Assembly: GCA_943367825.1 (NCBI GenBank)
Contig: CALRKF020000002.1
Coordinates: 54,249-118,248, forward strand
Source: Chitinophaga pinensis
GTDB taxonomy: Bacteria > Bacteroidota > Bacteroidia > Chitinophagales > Chitinophagaceae
Reading direction: 5' to 3'
DNA length: 64,000 nucleotides
Positions 57,415 to 64,000 of this stretch are shown one piece after another (the stretch's first letter is position 1; each line of letters starts with the position of its first letter). Both the position numbers and the translations under genes were made by a program. Below the pieces are notes generated by a model that saw only the letters and a list, made by a program, of their open reading frames with translations, ran no database searches and had not been told where the DNA came from.

Positions 57415-58868
57415 TGTTCAATTCGCATCCATTTTTTAAATGCCGTATGACCAGTATTCAAATCATCCATTGTTTTAAATGTTTCAGTACGCATCTGCCC
57501 ACCTAATCCGTTGACCGATTTGGCAGTTTCTTCCATAAACTTATTGATGGTTTGCAGGAAAATATGGGAATAAATCCGGCCCCCATCTACAGCAATTCTA
57601 CTCTGTGGGGTAGTAATAAAACCAATCGCATAGTCAGCAGCTTCGGCCCTGGTAGCTGCAGCTCCTTCCGTAAAGGCTGTATAAGGAATTTTTACAAAAG
57701 CCAGAAATTGACTAAAATGTTCGCCGGCTTCTTCTCCCATTCTGCGTTGTACAAATTTTTCCATTTTATATTCCATCAACTGCTGACTTTTATCACTATT
57801 GTATTCACTCATCATTCCCAGCATTCTTGTTTGTCCGGGTATTAAGCTCAGTTCCTTTTTATTATTAATGGGAGGTACCATCATTTTCCATGCTTTCAAT
57901 TTTTCAGTTGGCACGGTATGGTATTCAGGTGAATTGGCCGTTAGGGAAGCCGTATATAATTTCAAACGCAATGAAGCTCTTTCATCAGCTGTAAGGCCAG
58001 GTATACTGATAGCCTTTTCCCATAATCGATTACGCTTAATAATTAGTTCATCCAACAGTTTGATATCTTTACCGGGTATTGGCCATTCTGTTTGAATCTT
58101 GTCAATAGCAGCTTGCATTTCACGTGCCTGCACCCATTCCTCTTCTGTTAATCCCCCTACATGTATGCCTGTTCCAGCAGCAGCAAAATATTGGGTAGCG
58201 GGAGGAACTACATTATTTGCTGGTAAGTAACTAGTTGAACTTGACCCAGCAATTTTACCTGCCCGATTAATCAATTGCAGCATGGCTAATTTGTCATCAT
58301 AAAACTTCCGTTGTTTTTCTGCTGCCATTTTTTTAAGTTCTGCTGCCCTTCTTCTCTCTTCCTCTTGTCGCAGCATTTCTAAACGTGCATTTTCAACCAA
58401 GGCTTTTGCGTTGGCCAGATTATTCTCAGCATTTTTTAAATTTTGTCTGATTACGCCATCGCTAGGAGATTTTTTTAATGCTTGTTTAAAATATTTGATG
58501 GCTGATTCCCAATCACGCTGATTGTATTTATTGATACCTAACTGGTTTAGTTCCCTTGCCCTTGTCAATCGCTGCTCAGCGATAGCTTCTTTTCTGGCTT
58601 GTATCCAGTTGTAACCGGAATTATTGCTACTACTACTGCTATTCTTGGAATAGGGACAACTAGAAGAATGCCCAGACCCACAGGGATAATTGCAATAAGC
58701 ACAAGCACATTGTGGAGTTGGGATTTGGGCATTTGCAGCTTGGTAAAATAGCAATTGAAAGCCAGTTAAAAAAAGGATTAAAATTATTCCCTTCCATTGT
58801 GGAGTGAAATAAAGTATCGAAAATTGATTTTTCGACTCATCGGTTTTAAAGCAAGCTGTAACTTTCAT
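57411..58868 (-). CDS. Exported TPR/coiled-coil protein with N-terminal Cys/His cluster
   Basis: Hydrophobic signal ending ANA-Q, CACAYCNYPCGSGHSSSC, Ser/Asn linker, TPR (GINKYNQRDWESAIKYFKQALKKSP) and charged coiled coil. Overlaps the next gene by 4 nt (ATGA). Confidence 0.75.
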   Translation of the reverse strand: MKVTACFKTDESKNQFSILYFTPQWKGIILILFLTGFQLLFYQAANAQIPTPQCACAYCNYPCGSGHSSSCPYSKNSSSSSNNSGYNWIQARKEAIAEQRLTRARELNQLGINKYNQRDWESAIKYFKQALKKSPSDGVIRQNLKNAENNLANAKALVENARLEMLRQEEERRRAAELKKMAAEKQRKFYDDKLAMLQLINRAGKIAGSSSTSYLPANNVVPPATQYFAAAGTGIHVGGLTEEEWVQAREMQAAIDKIQTEWPIPGKDIKLLDELIIKRNRLWEKAISIPGLTADERASLRLKLYTASLTANSPEYHTVPTEKLKAWKMMVPPINNKKELSLIPGQTRMLGMMSEYNSDKSQQLMEYKMEKFVQRRMGEEAGEHFSQFLAFVKIPYTAFTEGAAATRAEAADYAIGFITTPQSRIAVDGGRIYSHIFLQTINKFMEETAKSVNGLGGQMRTETFKTMDDLNTGHTAFKKWMRIEQ

Positions 58869-58969
58869 AGTCAACCTAATATAGCATTACAGCGTATCTA
58901 TCCAACACATACTGCTGCAATCACTAAATAATACTATAAATATAAACTGAATTGAGTGCTGTAAAAACA

Positions 58970-58982
58970 TGATTCTTATCAA
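58970..58982. promoter_or_regulatory. FNR-like box TGATtcttATCAA in the divergent TPR/iorA intergenic region
   Basis: One mismatch from TTGAT-N4-ATCAA. Confidence 0.45.
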
Positions 58983-59068
58983 CTATTTCATTTCGCTTAC
59001 GATTCTATTCAATAATTATATCAGTCTGAAATATCCTGCACCAGTAACTGTTTACACATTACCGAATA

Positions 59069-59098
59069 TTTGTAAATCGAAAAAAAATACTATCTTTC
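59069..59098 (+). promoter_or_regulatory. iorAB-like operon promoter (-33 TTTG, -7 TATCTTTC)
   Basis: TTTG at 59069-72, 18-nt spacer, near-consensus -7 at 59091-98. Confidence 0.45.
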
Positions 59099-59134
59099 TA
59101 TGTCACCCCAATTCAGTAGACCAAAACAACTGTT

Positions 59135-59599
59135 ATGTCCAGTTATACCATTGAAGTCAATACAAAATCTTATACGGTAGAAGCCGATGCAGCTATGCCC
59201 CTATTGTGGGTACTCCGGGATTTACTAAACCTTACCGGTACCAAATATGGATGCGGTGTAGCCAGTTGTGGAGCCTGCACTGTAATGCTTGATGGCAAGG
59301 CTGCCTTTGCTTGTCAGCGACCAATTTCAAAATGTGTAGGCAAAAAAATAACGACCATTGAAGGGCTATCGGAAGATGGATCACATCCCGTACAAAAAGC
59401 CTGGCAAAAAGCAGGTGTACCACAATGCGGCTATTGTCAACCAGGCCAAATGATGGCCGCCGCCGCCTTGCTTCAAAATAATAAAAAACCAAATGAAGAG
59501 GAGATAAAGGAAGCAATGAGTGAAAATTTATGCCGCTGCGGAACCTATCACCGTATTAAGGAAGCCATTCATTATGCCATTGAAGAAATCAATCAATAA
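59135..59599 (+). CDS. (2Fe-2S) subunit of a xanthine-oxidase-family enzyme (isoquinoline oxidoreductase alpha-like)
   Basis: [25 protein letters not shown] and NLCRCGTY. Confidence 0.95.
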   Translation: MSSYTIEVNTKSYTVEADAAMPLLWVLRDLLNLTGTKYGCGVASCGACTVMLDGKAAFACQRPISKCVGKKITTIEGLSEDGSHPVQKAWQKAGVPQCGYCQPGQMMAAAALLQNNKKPNEEEIKEAMSENLCRCGTYHRIKEAIHYAIEEINQ

Positions 59600-59614
59600 A
59601 CCAGCCTTATCATC

Positions 59615-61822
59615 ATGAAGAAAGCAATAATTGACCGCAGACAATTCATCAAATTGGGTTCATTTGCGTCCGGAGGATTGGCCATTGGCTTCTTATTACC
59701 GGGCCTTCCAGCGCTGGCAGGCAGTCCTTTTGATTGTGAGTTTTTTCAACCCAATGCCTATTTGAAAATAGATAAAAAAGGCAAGGTTACCATTTTTGTT
59801 GCCAAACAGGAATCGGGGCAAGGTGTTGACACCGCACTTCCCATGATTGTAGCAGAAGAATTGGAAGTAGATTTTAAAAATGTAACTGTTGCTATTGCAC
59901 CCTACGGAACATTAACAGAGGGTGCACATGATACGGGTGGTAGTCAAAGTGTAATGACACTTTACAATACACTCCGACAAGCAGGCGCCATAGCCAAAAC
60001 AATGCTCATCAGCGCAGCGGCGGCTGTTTGGAAAATAAAGGAATCTTCCTGTGCTGCAGACAATGGTGAAGTGGTAAACACCATCACCATGCAGCGCATC
60101 AAATATGGAGCGCTGGTTTGCCAAGCAGCATTGTTACCTGTTCCAAAAGAAGTGGCTTTAAAAAATCCGAAAGATTTCAAAATCATAGGGAAATCTGAAA
60201 AAAGAGCCAACCTAAAAGACATCCTTACTGGCAAAACGAAATATGGTATCGATACAAAAGTAGAGGGCATGGTATATGCTGTTGCAGAAAGATGCCCCGT
60301 ACTGGATGGCAAACTCATTAGCGTGGATGATAGCGCTGCATTGAAAATACCCGGAGTATTAAAAGTAGTCAGCTATGAAGGTACGGGAGCACCCATGCAT
60401 GTTCGTGCAGGCGTTGCCGTTATTGCAGTCAATACCTGGACAGCCATCAAGGCAAGAAAATTATTGAAAATTGTTTGGGACGAAGGCGCACATAATAAGG
60501 AAAATACAGATGCCCTATTTGCGCAATTCAAGGATAAGGCAAACCAACCACCACAGTATGAAACCTATACCAAGGGTAAAGTGGAATCCGTTAAAGGCAA
60601 TAAGGAAATCACTGCTGCTTATGCAGCGCCCTTTTTAGCACACGCCACCATTGAGCCTATGAATTTTATAGCTGCTGTAAAGGGAGATCAATGTGAACTT
60701 TGGGGTGGATTACAATTACCAGATTGGGCAGTTAATACCATTGCGTCCGATTTTGGTTTTAAAAAAGAAAACATTAAAATGAACCTTACCCTTATGGGAG
60801 GAGCATTTGGTCGCAGGTTGCATTTTGAATTTGCCATGGAAGCAGTAAAGATTGCTAAACAAATAGACAAACCTGTTCAACTTGTATGGGAAAGAACTGA
60901 TGATACTAAGTTTTCCCCATACCGACCTGCCAATTATCATTTTTTAAAAGCAACCATAGATGATCAATGCAATGTACTGGCTTGGCAACACCATGTGCTG
61001 GGTACTCCTGTAGCCACTATGACGGAAGGGCCTAATACCAAAAATGCCCCGGAAATGAGTGGACTTGACAAGAGTTTCTGCTACGATTTCCCCAATATAA
61101 AAACTGGTTATACAGGACTTGAATTTAACATTAACCGTGGTTGGTTAAGGGCAGTGGATATTTGCGCCAATACTTTTCCTGTAGAATGTTTTATTGATGA
61201 AATTGCCACTATTTGTAAGAAAGATCCTCTTGCATATCGGTTATCCTTACTCGAAAATAGGCCAGATTTTAAAACAGGCGATGACCCCGCTGCTATCGTA
61301 CAATCTCCCGCTAGAATTGCCGGGGTATTAAAATTAGCTGCAGAAAAAATAGGATGGGAAAATTCCCGCAGTCCTAATCATTTTATAGGACTGGCTACCC
61401 ATAGTTTTGTTTTTGCAAAAGCCTATGCTGCTCATGCAATTGAAATAGAATTAGTAGGACCCAAAAAATTTAAAATCACAAGAGTGGTGGCTACAATTGA
61501 TTGTGGTCAGGTTATTAATCCAGATGGGTTACTTAACCAAATGCAAGGTGCACTGGCTTTTGGGCTATCACAAACGCTGATGGGAGAAATAACAGTAATG
61601 GATAGTCGAGTTGAGCAGGACGGCTTTTATGGCTACGAAATACTTCGATACAAAGAAATGCCACCAGTGGAAGTATATATTGTAGAAAGTAAAGAAGAAC
61701 CAGGAGGTGTTGGTGAAGTGGGCTTACCAACTGTATCACCGGCACTGTGTAACGCATTGGCCGCAGCGGGTTATCGTCCTCGCCTATTACCCATTCGAAA
61801 AGATGGCTTTACCTGGGTATAA
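59615..61822 (+). CDS. Molybdopterin-binding subunit (isoquinoline oxidoreductase beta-like) with Tat signal
   Basis: DRRQFIK twin-arginine, ESGQG, TGGSQS, HATIEP, GGAFGRR, QMQGA and GGVGE. Confidence 0.93.
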   Translation: MKKAIIDRRQFIKLGSFASGGLAIGFLLPGLPALAGSPFDCEFFQPNAYLKIDKKGKVTIFVAKQESGQGVDTALPMIVAEELEVDFKNVTVAIAPYGTLTEGAHDTGGSQSVMTLYNTLRQAGAIAKTMLISAAAAVWKIKESSCAADNGEVVNTITMQRIKYGALVCQAALLPVPKEVALKNPKDFKIIGKSEKRANLKDILTGKTKYGIDTKVEGMVYAVAERCPVLDGKLISVDDSAALKIPGVLKVVSYEGTGAPMHVRAGVAVIAVNTWTAIKARKLLKIVWDEGAHNKENTDALFAQFKDKANQPPQYETYTKGKVESVKGNKEITAAYAAPFLAHATIEPMNFIAAVKGDQCELWGGLQLPDWAVNTIASDFGFKKENIKMNLTLMGGAFGRRLHFEFAMEAVKIAKQIDKPVQLVWERTDDTKFSPYRPANYHFLKATIDDQCNVLAWQHHVLGTPVATMTEGPNTKNAPEMSGLDKSFCYDFPNIKTGYTGLEFNINRGWLRAVDICANTFPVECFIDEIATICKKDPLAYRLSLLENRPDFKTGDDPAAIVQSPARIAGVLKLAAEKIGWENSRSPNHFIGLATHSFVFAKAYAAHAIEIELVGPKKFKITRVVATIDCGQVINPDGLLNQMQGALAFGLSQTLMGEITVMDSRVEQDGFYGYEILRYKEMPPVEVYIVESKEEPGGVGEVGLPTVSPALCNALAAAGYRPRLLPIRKDGFTWV

Positions 61823-61850
61823 TAATTGCTTTAAAAGTCTCAAAAAAATA

Positions 61851-63539
61851 TTATCCAACCGCTGTCAATGCCAATTTGGAAGCAAGTGCTAATTCAGTAT
61901 CTGCTGCTTTCCAACTAACGTATCCGCCTGAGAGATTATATACTTCGTCAAAACCTTCCTGACGCAGGATACGATGTGCCAGGTATCCCCTCAACCCTGC
62001 TTCGCAGTAAATATATATTTTCTTATCCCTTGGCAACTCATGTAATCTTTCACGAATTTCATCTATTGGAATATTAATTGCCTGGCCAATGGCCCCTGCT
62101 TCAAATTCCTTTACAGTTCGTACATCAAGCAGTAAATTTTCTGGAGACAAGTCTTTTACTTCATTCCAATAAAACACTTTCAACCGATTGGTCATAATAT
62201 TCTCAGCCACAAAACCAGCCATATTTACTGGATCTTTTGCTGATGAATAAGGCGGTGCATAAGCATGCTCAAACTCTGTTAATTCAATAATATCACTACC
62301 CCGTTGAATAATCGAAGATAAAATATCAATGCGCTTATCCACGCCTTCATATCCTGCTATCTGTGCACTTAACAATTTGCCATCGATAGGAGAAAAAGCA
62401 ATTTGTATCGCCATTTGTTGGGCCCCTGGATAATAGCCTGCATGTGATCCGCTATGATTGGTTGAAACAGTATGAGGTATTTTTGCAGCAGTCAAATGCT
62501 TGGATGCTGTACCTGCAGTAGCCACCGTCATGTCAAAAACCTTTACAATGGCGGTATTAATGGCTCCTTTATAAACATATTTATTTCCCAAAAAAATATT
62601 GTTTGCACAAATCCTTCCTTGCTTATTAGCTGGTCCTGCCAAGTAGGTAGACATCGATTGTTTTGTTATAGGATTAGCAAATTCAATCGCATCTCCCACT
62701 GCATAAATAGAAGGATTGGATGTTTGAAGGTATTCATTTACAAATATCCCTTTGGCTGGTCCTAACTCCAGCCCTGCCATTAGAGCCAATCTGGTGTCGG
62801 GTCTTACTCCAATGGATAATAAAACGATATCTGCAGATAATTGTTCTCCATCTTTAAACTGTACATTAATTCCATCAGCTGATTTTTCAAATCCACTAAC
62901 GGTGGTACCTAATCGTAAATCAACCCCTTTTGAACGAATATGTTGTTGCACCAAAGCAGCTACAGGAAAATCTAAAGGAGCCAAAATTTGATTCCCCATT
63001 TCAACAATACTCACTTGCATTCCGAGTGCATGTAAGTTCTCCGCCATTTCAAGACCTATAAAACCTGCGCCGATTATAACTGCTTTACCAAATTTACGTT
63101 CGGTTACATACTTTTTAATGGTATCTGTATCGGCTACATTTCGAAGGGTAAAAATGCCGGGTAATTGAATACCAGGCAAAGGTGGCCGAATGGGTTCTGC
63201 ACCTGGTGATAAGACCAGTTTATCATAGGTTTCCTCATATTGTTCACCGGTAATACGATTGATAGCGGTTATTTTTTTAGTACTAGCATCCACCCCAATC
63301 ACTTCTGTTGAAATGCGAACATCAATATTAAATCTTTGGCGAAAGGAACTGGCAGTTTGAACAAATAACTTATTACGGTCTTTAATAACTTCTCCAATAT
63401 AGTAAGGGAGGCCGCAATTGGCATAGGAGATATATTCCCCTTTTTCAAAAATGACGATTTCGGCTTTTTCATCTAATCTTCTAAGGCGGGCAGCTGTACT
63501 GGCACCTCCTGCTACTGCGCCGATAATAATGTATTTCAT
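61851..63539 (-). CDS. CoA-disulfide reductase-rhodanese fusion (CoADR-RHD / Npsr-like)
   Basis: IIGAVAGG, SYANCGLPY, GAGFIGLEMAE, YAPPYS and rhodanese YCEAGLRG. Start 63539 preferred over 63572. Confidence 0.92.
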   Translation of the reverse strand: MKYIIIGAVAGGASTAARLRRLDEKAEIVIFEKGEYISYANCGLPYYIGEVIKDRNKLFVQTASSFRQRFNIDVRISTEVIGVDASTKKITAINRITGEQYEETYDKLVLSPGAEPIRPPLPGIQLPGIFTLRNVADTDTIKKYVTERKFGKAVIIGAGFIGLEMAENLHALGMQVSIVEMGNQILAPLDFPVAALVQQHIRSKGVDLRLGTTVSGFEKSADGINVQFKDGEQLSADIVLLSIGVRPDTRLALMAGLELGPAKGIFVNEYLQTSNPSIYAVGDAIEFANPITKQSMSTYLAGPANKQGRICANNIFLGNKYVYKGAINTAIVKVFDMTVATAGTASKHLTAAKIPHTVSTNHSGSHAGYYPGAQQMAIQIAFSPIDGKLLSAQIAGYEGVDKRIDILSSIIQRGSDIIELTEFEHAYAPPYSSAKDPVNMAGFVAENIMTNRLKVFYWNEVKDLSPENLLLDVRTVKEFEAGAIGQAINIPIDEIRERLHELPRDKKIYIYCEAGLRGYLAHRILRQEGFDEVYNLSGGYVSWKAADTELALASKLALTAVG

Positions 63540-63673
63540 TGTATAAATTTTTGTGTTCCTAATAGAACACAAAGAAAATTAGAATAATAACCAATGATTG
63601 TAACATTAGTTACGGTAGTAAATGATTTGCATTTGCCTTAATCTCAACCTTTATCTCAACCTCTACTTACACC

Positions 63674-64000
63674 TCACTCCTTCCCTTTTTCAGCCTTTCC
63701 CCAACTAATCTCATAACTAAAGCCTGCCAACAAGAATTGCTGATTAAGGTGCCCCCAGGTATAATTGTATTCAATATGAGGAGAAATTCTACCCCATTGT
63801 GCCAACAAGCCAGCACCTGTATTAAAAGACCAAAATTTTTCCTTGATATAGCTGATCTGATTATCTGTTTTTAGCACCTCTTTTTCAGAAGTATGGCTAA
63901 AGCCAGTAAGTGGGTAAAATTTCCATTTTTTATTCAAAGGCATGAGATAGTGAAAATTAAAATCAAAATCCCAGGCCGACATTTCGGATTCCTCTGTTCC
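63674..64000 (-). CDS. Small outer-membrane beta-barrel protein, 5'-truncated by the window edge
   Basis: Frame is open to base 64000; alternating amphipathic strands (FDFNFHYL, FYPLTG, FNTGAG, PHIEYNY, GFSYEI). Confidence 0.7.
   Translation of the reverse strand, partial: GTEESEMSAWDFDFNFHYLMPLNKKWKFYPLTGFSHTSEKEVLKTDNQISYIKEKFWSFNTGAGLLAQWGRISPHIEYNYTWGHLNQQFLLAGFSYEISWGKAEKGKE

Noticed and set aside
63641-63662. ATCTCAACCT direct repeat (two copies)
   Set aside because: Only two 10-nt copies at a gene end; too short to support a named element.
1-64000. tRNA/rRNA genes, IS elements, integrases, prophage
   Set aside because: No T-loop GTTCRA cloverleaf, rRNA-like tract, transposase or recombinase motifs, or terminal inverted repeats were recognised. 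Remaining short track ORFs nested in larger genes were treated as shadows.

Overview
AT-rich, gene-dense chromosomal window from a Bacteroidota bacterium, most likely Chitinophagales-like. This is inferred from GldC, type IX secretion (T9SS) C-terminal domains, TAnnTTTG -7 promoters, A-rich non-Shine-Dalgarno start contexts and signal peptides followed by Gln. About 1-35 kb is mostly housekeeping: murA, gmk, nadK, a two-component pair, psd/cdsA, dusB, tadA, Mn-type sod, rpmH-rnpA-yidD and uppS-bamA-3x ompH-murI. About 35.5-64 kb is richer in accessory and redox genes: a persulfide dioxygenase-rhodanese fusion, a histone-H1-like/SWIB protein, a three-gene operon (DsrL/GltD-like Fe-S flavoprotein + pyruvate:ferredoxin oxidoreductase + non-catalytic DHODH-like flavoprotein), secreted hydrolases, a biotin-dependent acyl-CoA carboxylase, a coupled pair of secreted TPR/ankyrin proteins, a Tat-exported molybdoenzyme and a CoA-disulfide reductase-rhodanese fusion. 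Two genes missing from the ORF track were found: rpmH and a 59-aa secreted Cys/Lys-rich peptide. I saw no tRNA, rRNA, CRISPR array, transposase or integrase. The best candidates for undescribed biology are the PFOR operon, whose flanking flavoproteins together rebuild a re-partitioned dihydropyrimidine-dehydrogenase domain set with canonical substrate residues missing; three intergenic FNR-like TGAT-N4-ATCA boxes; the TPR/ankyrin pair; and the H1-SWIB protein. Family assignments come from motif recognition by eye; no database searches were run.
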